Shown here: positions 13,415 to 26,560 of the stretch, in pieces
Position numbering within the stretch: the stretch's first letter is position 1
How the letters are laid out: every line of letters begins with the position of its first letter
Origin: the human T2T-CHM13v2.0 reference genome, Homo sapiens
Reading direction: 5' to 3' (one strand)
Length of the DNA: 64,000 nt
Assembly: GCF_009914755.1 (NCBI RefSeq)
Contig: NC_060927.1
Notes under the pieces: generated by a model
What the model was told of the DNA's origin: nothing
Database searches by the model: none
The model's input: the letters and a program-made list of their open reading frames with translations, nothing else
Made by a program: the position numbers and the translations under genes

Positions 13415-13518
13415 GAAATATGTATTTAATCCTGAACAAACTAAAAAAAAAAAAGTCAGACCCTCTCTGATGAAATATCCCAAATGGGTAATAGATGGAA
13501 GATTAGCCTGCAAAGGAG

Positions 13519-13538
13519 AACAACAACAACAACAACAA
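13519..13538. repeat. (AAC)6 microsatellite
   Basis: Read directly. Confidence 0.9.
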
Positions 13539-14117
13539 AAACTACACCCGGGGCATTTGAGATCTGGAGGGACAAGTTTGAGGCTGTGAAGGAGGCACCT
13601 AGGCAGAGGGAAGAGAGAAGCAAAGGCTGGAAGCAGAAGCCAAGGGTGTCCTCTCTCAGCATTTCTCCCCTGACGTCCACATTGACATTTCTGAGCTTGT
13701 TCATCCTTCTTAAACTTCCTCCTTTAATGATGTTTTTCAACACTAATCTCTATCGTGTTATGGTCAGAATAAGTCAAAGGGGGAAGAGAGACGGAAGATT
13801 GGGATATTAGTGACTCAAAATATTGGATTTCTTGGAAATCTTGCATATAAAGATGGTGGGCACATAGGCTTTATTTTTTATCGGAATATGCAGAGAACAT
13901 GAAGGTACACTTTGCACACTTTGTTACATTGTTTGAAGTTACAAAGAGAAAGGAATTGGAAATTGTTAGGCTTTAATAATGTCGGGAAAGAAAATTTTAT
14001 TGAAACAATTCTGAAGAAATTAGAGATACAGATTTATCTTAGCTAAATATCAAGATAATAGTATTTTTCAAATACCACCAATGGCTACTTATGTGATTTT
14101 TTATAAAGATCAACTCA

Positions 14118-14341
14118 GGTGCTTAAGGGTTAGGCTTTGGAGCTAGATTTCAATGCCAGTTCCACTGTATTCTGACTCATTCTAACTTGCACAAGTTGCT
14201 TAATCACCCTGAGCTTCAGTTTTCTCATCTCTAAAATAAGATAATGATACCTCCCTCATAAGTTTTCTATGACGAATAAATGATACAATGTAGTAAAACT
14301 TAGCGTGGTGCCTTATGCAGGGCAAAGTACGGTAAATGGCA
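14118..14341 (+). mobile_element. MIR
   Basis: GGCTTTGGAGCTAGA...CTGAGCTTCAGTTTTCTCATCTCTAAAAT core. Confidence 0.75.
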
Positions 14342-14409
14342 ATGGTGTAGAGGTGGTGGTTATTCAACATTGAGTTTATCAATAGTATATTTTGTGTATG
14401 TGTAAGAAT

Positions 14410-14879
14410 GGTATTGTAAATCAGTTGCATGTATAAAAAGCCAAATTCAATGGCTTAATGCTGGTGTATTTTTCTCATGTCCAGGGAGAGACATCCTCGG
14501 GCTTGTATGGCTGATGAGTAAATCCTCAACCACTCAAGCTCCTTCTTCCAGCTTCCTGTTCTGCCATCCTTAGCATATGACCCTTATCCTCACAGTCTCA
14601 AGATCCTCCCACCCCTTCTGGAATCACACCCCTGCTCCCTGGAAGACCTGGGCCAACAAAGTCAGTCCTTTTTCACCAGGCAAACACTGCTTTCCTAGAA
14701 GCTCCAGCCGGTGGGCTTCCTCTAACACCTCATTTGCTGGAATTCAGTCACGTGAGCATCCCTCGTACAAAGGAGCCTGGGAAACTATTTTTTAGATAGT
14801 CCTGCCCCCAAACAAAGTTGTGGTTCTGGCAGTAAGAAAAGAAGGGAGGATAGATATTGAGTGAGCAGTGTCTTCCATA
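14410..14879 (-). mobile_element. MLT1K-like MaLR LTR
   Basis: TTCTGCCATCCTTAGCAT, CAAAGGAGCCTGGGAAA, AAGAAGGGAGGATAGATATTG...CAGTGTCTTCCATA. Confidence 0.65.
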
Positions 14880-15091
14880 GTTTGGCATTAAGAATTGCTG
14901 CCTGCCTGTCTAAAGTCTTAAAAATAGGAGAGGGAGGAGGGGAGAGAGAGAGAGGGAAAGAAGACATTGCATATGGCCTGGTTCAACAGAGGAGCTATTG
15001 TGGCATGGCGACACCCAGTATCTCTTTAGAAGAAAGCAACATTAAATACTAGGAAAGACTTTTTAGTTGCTCCTAATATCCTCCTATCATA

Positions 15092-15432
15092 GAGGGGAGC
15101 GTAGTGTTCTGGTTAAGAACATAGCACAGAAATCAAACAGTCATGACTTGGAATTCTGGCCCTGACCCTATTTGAATGTGTGACTTTGGGTTATTTACTG
15201 TCTCTAAAATGTAAACTCCTCTGACAGCGGAGCTTAGTTTTATCCCTGCTGTAGCCCCATCCACTAGGAGAGACCTTTCCTTATAGTGGGCATTCAGTAT
15301 TAGTTGAATGGATAAATGGGTGGATGAATAAATGAACTTCTCAGAATCCTGGATTCCTCAGCAGTAAAAGGAATTAATAAAGACCATCTTTAGAGGTAAT
15401 CATGAAGATATTAAATGAAAGAATATATGTTT
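15092..15432 (+). mobile_element. MIR split by an L2 3' fragment
   Basis: MIR head (GGTTAAGAACAT...TGTGTGACTTTGGG) at 15092-15200; MIR core/tail resumes at ~15337. Confidence 0.55.
15201..15336 (+). mobile_element. L2 3' terminal fragment
   Basis: AATGTAAACTCC...CTGCTGTAGCCCCA...GTTGAATGGATAAATGGGTGGATGAATAAATGAA tail. Confidence 0.6.
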
Positions 15433-17764
15433 TATAGGACACTCTGTTGACTCCGTTGTTATAAACATATAGTTTCACTGGGAGCTTCCCGAAGGTTCCC
15501 TGAATCTAAGAGGCTCTGTGGACCATTTCTGAGGACCTCTTCAGGCAGCTATTCATGTCCAAGTCTGTTTTTTTCTTAGATAAGCCACACTATTACGGTA
15601 ACATTTAAGTTTGTTAATGTACTCAAAGCAAATATCTATGTGGTGGATCCCTAAAATTTATTGGATGGAGAGATGAAAGTATGTGTGACTGTATTTACAC
15701 ACACACATGCAATGGTGACTTTATTTTGAATAAAAGTTTGCTGAGCTTTCAATATCAGCTATTTCAGAACAGGCTTGTTGCTGATTAAGGGTTAGCACAC
15801 TAAATTAATGGTAAATTAATACTCATTTCTGTGCTAGTACATGAGAAAGACAGGAAAATTAGCTAAATTAGATGTGGGTAGTGATATCCATCATGGCCAA
15901 GAATAATGGTACCTAAAAGGATTTTCTGTGAAACTCTGCGTATGAGGGACATTCATAAACCTCAAAACTCTGATGTCCTTATTTAGTTATTTGCAGTGGA
16001 TGAGTCTTTACAAAATAGCGGTTTAAAAGAAAATCCCCCTTGGTAGCAGGTGCCAAGCACATACAACATTTAACGCTGGCTGACTTACAGTGTTTATGAG
16101 AAAATTCTGATTTAAGATTCAGAATGACTTCATGCTGGCAAAGTAGAAATCACCAAATTGGAGTACAATGCAAGCAACCCATAAAAAGCCAAATCACTTT
16201 CTAACATTCCTAAGCTAGTTCATGATAACCCCTCATCATCAACTCCTTGTTGTTACAGAGTAGGGTTTTTACCCCAATGCCACAGAGTGAGGTATCTTTT
16301 TTGGGAAGAGAAGTACTTGTTCATGCTTTCTAATTTAAATTGTTTATCAGTTGGGTGTAACCATGTTACTCATGCCCATTTAAATTGTGTTCTTCTGTGG
16401 CAAGACCTTCAGCACCATCACAATGCAAAAGCAACTGCAACAAGCAACTCAACAAGAGAATGATCCACTTCTATGTAAAAGATGATGCCTTACGGAGGAT
16501 GTTCTTCTATGTTGTGTCATTGTGAAGAGACTTAATTTCCAACCCCATAAAACACAGATTCCAGAAGACATCAAATGGTACCTGCCTATCCTTCTGAGCT
16601 CAGTGGCTCATGGGACCCTCTCCAGCCAACTCTGATGCTTGGGTGTGTGGGCCCCATTGAGTATATGTCTGCTTTGTATTTCTGCCTTGGCCTTTCACCC
16701 TGCTCCAGCTTATAATGGGAATATTGACTGACCATTGACTAGGCCTAGGCAGGCAGACTTTGCAGTAATTATGAATGAAAGATGTCAGGGGCAAAGCATC
16801 TCATTCCAGATATTTCTACATATAGTCGATACTGTCTTTCGTAAGTGTGACTGAGCTCCAAATGGCTTGCAGTCATAAGGGAATGACCAACTGAGTAGCT
16901 ATTATTTCATCCAATTGATGCTATGCTTTTTGTGCAAAGGGAAACAGGAATGCAGAAGCACGCACATTTTACACCAGCCTGGTTCTTGCTTTCAATAGCT
17001 GCTGCAAAATATTAGCTCTTTTCCCTAGGAAGCCAGCTCCTGGGGAGAGGATATAGGTTGCAAGTGGAAAACCATGTTAATTTTCAATAGAGGTTACAAA
17101 AGAATAGAAATTCCTACCCAAACTTAATCGTTAATGCTTTTACTTCCACAGAAAGATGAGTGTTTACTTCCCAGAATCTCTTGAATCTGCTTTAGCAGTA
17201 AAATAAGGAATATGGCTAAGAAAATAATTCAGATTAAAACATAGCATATTCTTGGATTTGTGCAACATGCCTGAGTCTGGGCAAAGACACAAATCAAGGC
17301 TTCGGTATGATGAGTTTCCTGGCCACTATGAAGTCCAATCCACTTTCAAACAGAGGAGGTGTCTCCTCACATTCTAGGTGCCATTGTGTGTCAAAGCCAC
17401 TTTACATTTTTATGATTACTATCCAAATATTTACCAGGATTTCATTATTTGCCCACAATTATCTTGATGAGAAGAGCTTAATCATTTTAACAGATAGTGA
17501 AAGCAATTACTTAGTACCTTCTAAAGCAATGTCCAGAAGATGCCAGATTTGAGGAGCAGAGTTGGGAGGAAGGGAATTAATACCAGGCAGGTAAAATTGC
17601 CCCAAGAGCACACAGCCAATAATGGGCAAAACCAGAAACTGACCCCAGAGCTGATACTTCTCATCACTATGCTCTATAGCCTCTCCACTAGCAATACTAG
17701 TAGCACTGAGATTAGTCAATAGTTGCAGCAGTAAAGAAGGAGTAATAATAGCAACAGTAGCATC

Positions 17765-18000
17765 AGCCATTGTTTATTGAATTCTTACTAAGAACCAGAT
17801 ATTGAGGTTTCATACTAAGCATTTTCATGGATAATCCTTTTTTTATTACCAAAACAATCCTATGAAATAAATGCTATTATCCTCATTTTACAGAAGAGGA
17901 AATTGAAGCTCAGAGAAGTGAGATTTGCTCAGATAAGAGATGTTAGGTTACTGAGCTGAGATTTCAACATAAGAGTCAGACTTTTTTGCTTGTGTTCTAA
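17765..18000 (-). mobile_element. MIR
   Basis: CTCATTTTACAGAAGAGGAAATTGAAGCTCAGAGAAGT core. Confidence 0.75.
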
Positions 18001-18589
18001 ATGATACCCTATCTTCCCTCCGTAGAGAAAAGGAGAAAGGAGACATCAGCTCTGCTAACATCATAAAAGGGCCAAACACTGAACATGGGGATATTTGAAT
18101 GTTGGAATGATAGAGAAGTCAGATTTCCTATCAGGTTTGGTTTGCCCTCTCCATTCAGGAGAGTGCTGAAGCCAGGAACTGTGTGAGCCTGTCCCAAATG
18201 AGCATGGGATTTCTAGGCTCCTCAGACAGGACCTCAAACCACAGGAATAAACAGATGGTGATGGATTGATGCATATGCTTCGGCAAGGCACTGTGCTGGG
18301 TTCTATAAGGCAACTGTCTTCTGTGATGCAACCCTGTGATGTGTTGAATCACACTACCAGTGAAGTAGAATAATTTATGACTCAGAGATGCTAAGTAACC
18401 TTGTGTTCTCCCAGTGAGTGAGAAACAAGGGGCAAGATGATTCATAGGTCTGTCTGACTCTAGAGTCTGCAGTACTGGGAATCAACTCTGGAAAGGGGTC
18501 CATGTGTTTGTGATCCTGCTCCCCATTCCACAGCTGAGCCTGCATCTCAACTGTGTCATTCCCGTCTTTGCTGTTAACACCCATTTATT

Positions 18590-19022
18590 AGGTTTCTCAG
18601 AACATTGCAATTGAGGTGTTGGCCAGGACTAAAGTCTCAGCAGAAAACTCAACTGGGGAAGGATCTGCTTTCAAGTTTACTCAGCGTCTTAGTAAAATTC
18701 AATCTCACTGATTGACAGAGGGTCTCATTGCTAGCTGTCAGCCAGAGGCGGCCCTCAGTTTCTTGACCTGTGACCCTCTCCATAGGGGAGTTCACAATGC
18801 AGAGGCTTGCTTCATTCATGCTTGTAAGGGAAAGAGTCTACCAGCATGATGGGAGTTAAAATCTTATGTAGCATAATTATGGAAGTGGCATCCTATCACC
18901 TTTGCCATATTCTGTTGATTAGAAGCAAGTCCCGTCCAGGACTAACTGGGAGGGAATTACATAAATTCATTAATACCAGAAGGCAGAGTTCACTGGGGCC
19001 ATCTTAGGGTCTGTCCGTCACA
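18590..19022 (-). mobile_element. MLT1F-like MaLR LTR
   Basis: ACTGGGGAAGGATCTGCTTTCAAG, ATCACCTTTGCCATATTCTGTTGATTAGAAGCAAGTC, GGGGCCATCTTAGGGTCTG. Confidence 0.75.
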
Positions 19023-20049
19023 ACAGCCCACGGCTGAGTTCTGCAGTGTTTGGAAATGCAACACTGCACAATACCTTCCGTCGGAGGAGTGCTTTGGAAC
19101 AGACTTTTTGAGTGGCTGCTGTTGGAAGTACTTCTACATTTACATGAACACAGACCAAGGCAATCCAGCAAAATGCCATTTCCTTAATTAAACAGATTAA
19201 CCAGTAAACCGAATTGCATTCTGCATGGTGGACTTTAACTAACAAGGCTAATGTAGCCGGTGTGGTTCTCAGTGGAAGGCTTCCCCAGTCTCTTCTCTTT
19301 CCTCTCTCTGCTGACCCCACTTCCTCTGCCATTTTCTTTGTATTCTGTGCCTCCTTGAATTTTTCATCTCATATTTTTCTGCATCAAGATGACAGTTTTG
19401 TGTGTATATGAAATGTTCGTTTTAATTATACAGGCTTGGTAATAAGTGTATAGTCAGGTTGGCATCAGCCTTGGATGCAAAATCCTTCCTTTCAACTGAT
19501 TATATCTTGAAAGGATTTGCAGCCCTGGGCACCTAGACATTGTAATGCATCATTGTTCACTAGATGGACATCAGGGGACAAAAATTAAAGCAGAAGCAGG
19601 GGACGGTGGCAGCCTTGGCCCTGAAATCAGCCAAGATGAAGGAGGATCAAGTGAAGCCAACAACTTGGAGTTGGAGGGGGAGGGTCCAAGTGCTCAGCCT
19701 CTGGCCTTCTCACAGTTTGATGGGATGACAAGCCATGGCTAAAGGTGCCACGAGGCCTTCTCAGGAAAGAATTAAGAAGTAGGCCAAGCATAAGGTGTTA
19801 GTCCCTAATGCAGTGCAGGAGACAGGACCTGGCAGAGAAGGCAGACCCTCTCAGAACAGTGAGAAATGAGGAGTTGGCAGAACACATGCCCCAAGAATCA
19901 CAGAGGCTTAGGTACCCCCTCTGAATATTGACTCCTGAGACATAACCATGTGGCACTTAGAGAGATCCTTGCCTTTGAAACTGAAAGGCAAAAGGCCTGA
20001 GAATCAAGTGCTCAGACCACAGAAGCAGAGTAGAGGTCAGATCCACTGA

Positions 20050-20156
20050 ATCTTAGAACTGGAAGGAACTTTTGAAGAACCTCTATATTTAGTACCCTAA
20101 TGTGGCAGATGAGGAAACTCAAATTTAGACAGGCAATGGACTTACACGAGGCTGCA
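20050..20156 (-). mobile_element. MIR3/MIRc fragment
   Basis: TTAGAACTGGAAGGAACT...CAGATGAGGAAACT. Confidence 0.6.
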
Positions 20157-20329
20157 TTGATGAAGGTGTCATGTGCCCTTTGCACCTGTCCATTTGCTTC
20201 TCTTAAGCAAGTATCCCAAAGTGCTGCTGCACAAGCAGCTCCACCAACTGGGAATGAGAGAAGCTAGTGTTTTGTTTTGAGTGGATGTTGTAAATGGGTC
20301 TCTAGCCACCTCTCCTATGCATGGTAGAG

Positions 20330-21081
20330 TGTGTTACCTATTCCATCAGATCTCCCAGTGACCTTCCCTCTGAGAGATTTATACACCTCTGTCCCATTTA
20401 GGAAATCTCTGTGACTTGTTTTTGGCCAATGCAATGTGAGTGTATTAGGCTATTCTTGCATTGCTGTAAGACAATACCTGAGAATGGGTAATTTATAAGA
20501 AAAGAGATTTCATTGGCTCATAGTTCTGCAGGCTGTACAGGAAGCATTGCAGCATCTGCTTCTGAGGAGGTCTCAGAAAGTTTCTAATCATGGCAAAAGG
20601 TAAAGAGGGAACACACCTATCACATGGCAGGGGCAGGAGCAAGAAAGAGAGCAGGAAGGTGTGACACACTTTTAAATGAGCAGAGCTCATGAGAACTCAC
20701 TCACAATCAGGAGGAGAGCACCAAGGGGAAGGCGCTAAACCATTCATGAGAAATCCGCTCCCATTATCCAGTCACCTCCCATAAGGTCCCTACCTCCAAC
20801 ATTGGGGATTAAATTTGAACAAGAGATTTGGGAAGGGACATATATCCAAACTATATGAGTGGGTTGAAGTGAAGTGTGTCACTTCAGAGTCTTTTCCTCT
20901 GCCATGAGACAGGCAAGTGTTCTGGTCAGAGGCTGCCTCTCAGCCTGGATCCCAGAATGAAGGTGATATGGGCAGAGCTATAGCCCACTGCCGATGGACA
21001 TTCGGTGTGAGCCACGTTTGTTACTGGGCTTATTCTGGCTGTCACCACAGCATGATTTGGCCTACCCTCAGTGACTTGACA
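20330..21081 (+). mobile_element. MLT1I-like MaLR LTR interrupted by MSTA
   Basis: GTGACTTGTTTTTGGCCAATGCAATGTGAG joins GAAGTGAAGTGTGTCACTTC across the insertion; CAGCCTGGATCCCAGAATGA. Confidence 0.65.
20441..20858 (-). mobile_element. MSTA MaLR solo LTR
   Basis: TGTATTAGGC...GGCTCATAGTTCTGCAGGCTGTACAGGAAGCAT...CCAAACTATAT; TSD GTGAG (20436-20440) / GTGGG (20859-20863). Confidence 0.85.
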
Positions 21082-21229
21082 TGGTGGGCAGGCTCCATAC
21101 ACTCACACGTATGTGTACAGTCACCTTTCCTCAGGTCCATGGTCTTTCTCTAGGTTGCCTCCTTTTCCTGTGTGACCAGCCCTGTGAATAACATCCCTTA
21201 CTCAAGGAACCTGGGATAATCCTGGCCAC

Positions 21230-21920
21230 CTCCCCATGTTCCAGCCAAGTCACCAACCGCTGCACTTCTTCCCGTACCCTGCCTCTGCCCTGGTTCATGC
21301 TGCTCATCACTGCCTTAGCTGCCAAGCGGGCTGCTTTGACTCCAGTCTTGCCCTTCCCTCTCCAATCCAGTCCTCGTAGGTGGCGAGAGGGAGCCAAGCC
21401 CACTAGAAGGTTTTTAAGAGGGTTGCTTATTGCAAGATCAGCCTGAATGTGGCCTATAAAGTTCTTCCAGCAATAGCATCCATCTGTCTCTGGCTGTGTT
21501 CCTATCAGGATGCATTTCTTCCATCTTGTCCAATTTCTTTCTCTCTGTCTCTGTTTTAATTTAAAAGGCCATTTTTCTGCATGGGAGCTCCACCTCCAAC
21601 CTGCACCACTCAGCAACCAGTCATCCATCCTCTGCCCTGTCCCCTCATTTACTTGCCTAACTCTGACTCATTATTGGGACCTCAGTTTGGAGTCACTTTG
21701 TCTAGGAACCTTTCCCAGACTACTTGAGTATATGCTGGGAGTGAGTCCTCTGGCTCACGGCACCACCCTATCCTGCCCCCTGAAGCTCTGTATGAGGCTG
21801 CGCTTCAATTGACAGGCGACTATTCCCCAGTAGACTACACTCACCGCCAGGTCCCCCATGCCTTGCAAAGCAGTTTCTGGCACATGGTAGATGCCCCTTG
21901 AACATTTGCTGCTGAATGTT
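21230..21920 (+). mobile_element. L2 fragment
   Basis: CTCCAGTCTTGCCCTTCCCTCTCCAATCCA, ends CTGGCACATGGTAGATGC...CATTTGCTGCTGAATG. Confidence 0.55.
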
Positions 21921-22861
21921 TGTTTTTCATCTTGAAGGCAAAAGAAAACAATGCCCAGACATGGGAGCAAAAGACCTTATCCTAAAACCAAAGGCTGTTT
22001 TGGATACAAAATGTTATATTTCATGTGAGGAAAAAATGCAGCATTGGAAAGAACTAGAACCCTCAAAAATACATGAAATGAGCTACGTATATCATTACAC
22101 ATGGGGCATGGGTCTGTCTGTTCTGAGTGTGCATAAAATCACAAATTTTTCATTGAGACGTAAATATTTAAAAACAGACAAAAAAAGTGACCGTGAGTGC
22201 CAGGAGAGTTTGGCTAGGAGTGCGAGGTGAGGAGGGGCAAGTGGTGAATGAGAGCGTGCTGGATTCTGTGGTCCCAGGCAGGCTCTGTGAGGTGTGGGTG
22301 TGCATGAGAACAGTGTTTTATTTTTAAAGATACTTCCTCAAGAGATTGTTCATTAGGGAGTCCAACCTTTTCCTTGCTGTTCTCTGCTGCAAACATGACC
22401 TGATTCTGGAGATGGAGTTTGGAGGGATGTTAAAATCTAAGAGTCAGTGGAGTTGAAGAAGGCAGGAGTTGGGGGGTACAAAAATGTCCCACAGGCCTTA
22501 TGGTTGATGAGTGAGTCTACATAGTTGTGGTTGGTCTTCTGGGCAGACAAACTGGTGTTGGTAATGGTTTTCATTCCAATGGCTCTGAAGGAGTGATTCT
22601 TGGTATACAGTACACTGATGTGCATTTGAATTGTGGTCTGTTTCTGCCACCAGAGCATCGCCACTTGTGATTGGTCCAGAGACTAAGGCAGTTAGGGAAC
22701 ACTGAGCCTGGATCTACCCAAATTCCTCAGGTAGGAGGTGGGGTTGCCATTTTCTAACTCTGAACAATCACATGCCTCTGCATGATACTGATGATAAGCA
22801 TCTACTTGGACAAGGCTACCAGATTTAAAAATCTTTGTTGGTAGGTAGATAGGCAGGTAGA

Positions 22862-23261
22862 TGTCTTAGTTTGTTTTTTAATGCTATAGCAGAATACCTG
22901 AGGCTACATAATTTATGAAGGGAAAAGGTTTATTTGGCTCACAATTCTGGAGGCTGGAAGTTCAAGATTTGGCAGCTACATCTGGTGAGGGCCTCAGGCT
23001 GCTTCAACTCATGGCAGAAACTGTGCAAAGAGATCACACAGCGAGAGAGAAAAACCAGGGAAGCCAGACTCTTTGTAACAACCCACTCTCCTGAGAACTA
23101 ATCCATTACTAAGAACTCATTTAGCTCCTGGGAGGGCATTAATTTATTCATAAGGGCTCCACCTCCATGACCCAGACACCTCCCATTAGGCCCCCACCTG
23201 CCAACACTGCCACATTAGGGATCAAATTTCAACATGAGTTTTGGTAGCGCAAACCATACCA
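22862..23261 (-). mobile_element. MSTB-like MaLR solo LTR
   Basis: TGTCTTAGTTTG...CACAATTCTGGAGGCTGGAAG...CACCTCCCATTAGGCCCCCACCT...AAACCATACCA. Confidence 0.8.
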
Positions 23262-24079
23262 AGATAGACATACAGGCTGACTGATAGATGGCTGGCTGGA
23301 TGGGATGGATTAGCAGGTGGATATAACTATGCAGAGAGATGTAATAGAAAAAAGAACACTTTATAAGGAGTACAATGAGGGGAATATGTTCTTTTACGAC
23401 CCTTGTTTGCAACTTATTAAAAGTCAACATGCTGGTTGGGTGGTGTTTTATAACTGCAAAGCAGAAGGTCTAAATAAATAGGAAGTTCTACCAAAGATTT
23501 AATTAACCTAACCTGTAAAACCTCTTTAATTGATCTGTATAATCAACAAATGATTAATACATCATTTAGAATGAGGTGTCACAAAGGGGAGGCTGATAAA
23601 CTTAAAACCCCTTTGTCTAGGCTTAAGAGAATTTCTCAAGAAGCAAGAGAGCTCATTTCTCCTGTGATAACACTATTTCTCTCCACTTATAAAATGACAT
23701 CAGCTGCATAATGAGCAGATTAGGCACAGAATCACCAACATAGTACTGCACCTGCTAATGCAATTAGCCCCGTGTGCTTTCCTCCTGGGAGAAGCAGACA
23801 CAGGTTATACGCAGAATGCAAGGGCAGCACCTGAACTAAGTGGGCTGCTTTGTCCATAACAACATGTATGTGGTTTGGCTGATTTTAGAGAGCATGAAGG
23901 AAGGGGAAGAATGGTTATGATTCTCTCCCCAGAACCAGTAGTCCTTTCTTCATGTCTGTATAGACATGCATAATATGTCAACCTGAACACCTTCCTTTTG
24001 TGTGAAACACATCTCTCCTGCTTCTTTAGGGGGTCGTTTTTTCCGTACTCCAACTACATGATTCTCATAAGGGCTTCTA

Positions 24080-25035
24080 AACACAGTACCCACTCTCAGG
24101 AATGGGCACAAGATTCAAGCGGGCCAATCATAGTAGGCCCAGGCCATGAGTCAAGCCAATTAGAATTCTTCTCAGGAAATTTTTAAGAGGGTGTCACTTT
24201 TTTTCTTTAGTTGTATAGCTATGAGGATTGGCTATTTGGGAGAACAAAGCCAGCTTGCAGAAAGGAACATGTGATGGTGATACTGAATGTTAACTTGGTT
24301 GCATTGAAGGATGCAAAGTATTGTTCATGGGTGTGTCTGTGAGGTTATTGCCAAAGGAGATTAACATTTGAGTCAGTGGACTGGGAAAGGCAGACCCATG
24401 CTCAATCTGGGTGGGCACCATCTAATCAGCTGCCAGAGAAGCCAGAATAAAAGCAGGCAGAAGAACATGGAAAGACTAGACTGGCTTAGTCTCCCAACCT
24501 ACATTTTTCTCCTGTGCTGGATGCTCCCTGCCCTCGAACATCGGACTCCAAATTCTTCAGCTTTGGTACTTTTCCGCTTACACAAGTGGTTTGCCAGGGG
24601 CTCTCAGGCCTTTGGCCACAGACTGAAGGCTGCACTGTCAGCTTCCCTACTTTTGAGGTTTTGGGACTCAGACTGGCTTTCTTACTCCTCAGCTTGCAGA
24701 TGGCCTATTGTGGGACCTCACCTTGTGATCATGTGAGTCGATACTCCTTAATAAACTCCCCTTTTTGTAAACATCTATCCTATTAGTTCTGTCCCTGTAA
24801 AGAACCCTAATAGAGAATAGAAGTAAGAAACAGCTAGAAAAAGAGGAGTCCAGAGTCCAGATAATACTTAAATCATCAAATCTCCCCGGCTTCCCTGATC
24901 CTTTCCTTTCTGAGACTTGGCTGCTCAGCATGTCCAGACCTGTGCACTTCTTCCGGCATTCTTTCAGTAAGTACTTAACGTTCTCAGGCTGTCTGATCTA
25001 GGTTTTTGTCATTGGCAAAGAAATGAGTCCTAAAT
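24080..25035 (+). mobile_element. LTR16-like ERVL LTR split by MLT2A2
   Basis: GGCCAATCATAG / GCCAATTAGAATTCTT 5' part; 3' part ends GGTTTTTGTCATTGGCAAAGAAATGAGTCCTAA. Confidence 0.45.
24270..24814 (+). mobile_element. MLT2A2 (HERV-L) solo LTR
   Basis: TGTGATGG start; TTGCCAAAGGAGATTAACATTTGAGTCAGTGGACTGGG; CTATCCTATTAGTTCTGTCCC end; TSD GAACA (24265-24269) / GAATA (24815-24819). Confidence 0.9.
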
Positions 25036-25261
25036 AGCTTTTCTTCTTTCACACTCACTTACCTAATGAGTAACTGAGTAGGTAATGAATACCTACTTAC
25101 AAATGCATAAGGCCTCACATTTGCCCTAAAGGACCTGATGCTTTGCGGGGGAGACTGAAAGAGACAACAGTGGCATAGTTTGGTTAGGAGGATGATGTGA
25201 CATGAAAACATTTGTCAAAACATGAAAACCCAGTTTGGGTTGTGATACATTAAGTTTTCTT

Positions 25262-26030
25262 TCTTTCTTTCTTTTACTTTAAGTTCTGAGATACATGTGC
25301 AGAACGTGCAGGTTTGTTACGTAAGTATACAAGTGCCATGGTGGTTTGCTGCACCTGTCAACCCGTCATCTAGGCTTTAAGCCCTGCATGCATTAGGTGT
25401 TTGTCCTAATGCTCTCCCTCCCCTTGCGCCCCCACCCCCTGACAGGCCCCAGTGTGTGATGTTCCCCTCCCTGTGTCCATGCGTTCTCATTGTTCAACTC
25501 CCACTTATGAGTGAGAACATGCGGTGTTTGGTTTTCTTTTCCTGTGTTAGTTGGCTTAGGATGATGGCTTCCAGCTTCATCCATGTCCCTGCAAAGGACA
25601 TGATCTCATTCTTTGTTATGGCTGCACAGTATTCCATAGTGTATATGTGCCACATTTTCTGTATCCAGTCTATCTCTGATGGGCATTTGGGTTGGTTCCA
25701 AGTATTTGCTATTGTAAATAGTGCTGCAATAAACATGTGTACATGTGTCTTTACAGTAGAATGATTTCTAATCCTTTGAGTATATACCCAGTAATGGGAT
25801 GGCTGCTTCAAATGGTATTTCTGGTTCTAGATCCTTTAGGAATTGTCACACTGTCTTCCACAATGGTTGAACTAATTTACAGTCCCACCAACAGTGTAAA
25901 AGCATTCCTATTTGTCCACAGCCTCGTCAGCATCTGTTGTTTCCTGACTTTTAAATAATCACCATTCTAACTGGCATGAGATGGTATCCCGTTGTGGTTT
26001 TGATTTGCATTTCTCTAATGACCAGTGATA
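25262..26030 (-). mobile_element. 5'-truncated L1PA8-like LINE-1 (ORF2 C-terminus + 3' UTR)
   Basis: ORF 25494-25811 encodes the L1 ORF2 C-terminus (MFIAALFTIA..WNQPKCP..MFSLISGS); TTTAAGCCCTGCATGCATTAGG motif; 15-bp TSD ACA(T/C)TAAGTTTTCTT at 25247-25261 / 26031-26045; TT/AAGA endonuclease site. Confidence 0.92.
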
Positions 26031-26367
26031 ACACTAAGTTTTCTTAAAATGATTCTTAGGTTAAATACTTTCCTTGTATTCTACCATGTGAATTGGTGTT
26101 TTTTATTAAAATATTTTAAATTTTTTAAAGCTTTTTCAGTCAAACAAGTATGGAAAATGTCAAATTAAACCAAAATAAGTAGAATTCTTTGCTGCAGAAC
26201 TTGTTGCTGATGCACTTTGGAGTATCATAGAGACAAATTGAGTATGCAGGGATTCCCAAAGTTCCTGAAGCAAATGCATTTTTCTTGGAATGTCTGATCA
26301 AATTTCAGAGAAGCAGTGTTGACTTGAACACAGTTTGGGATCTCCATTCGATCATTATGAGCTCCCC

Positions 26368-26560
26368 AGTACTTCCTGAAAGAATGTTGGGGGAAGCGCA
26401 CCAGTCTGGACATGCTGAGCAGCCAAGTCTCAGAAAGGCAAGGATCAGGGAAGCTGGGGAGGTTTGATGACTGAAATGTTATCTGGACTCTAGACTCCTC
26501 TTTTTCTAGCTGTTTCTTACTTCTATATTAGGGTTCTTTAGAGGGACAGAACTCATAGGA
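26368..26560 (-). repeat. Inverted local duplicate of 24778-24975 (MLT2A2 3' end + flank)
   Basis: Manual alignment 175/193 identical plus one 5-bp indel; flanked by a 30-bp direct repeat at 26341-26370 / 26578-26607. Confidence 0.92.

Noticed and set aside
19042-19068. Hairpin TGCAGTGTT-N9-AACACTGCA as a pre-miRNA
   Set aside because: A 9-bp stem is far too short and is expected by chance in 64 kb
25494-25811. 105-aa ORF with clear protein homology
   Set aside because: It is the C-terminus of L1 ORF2p in a 5'-truncated copy, not a gene
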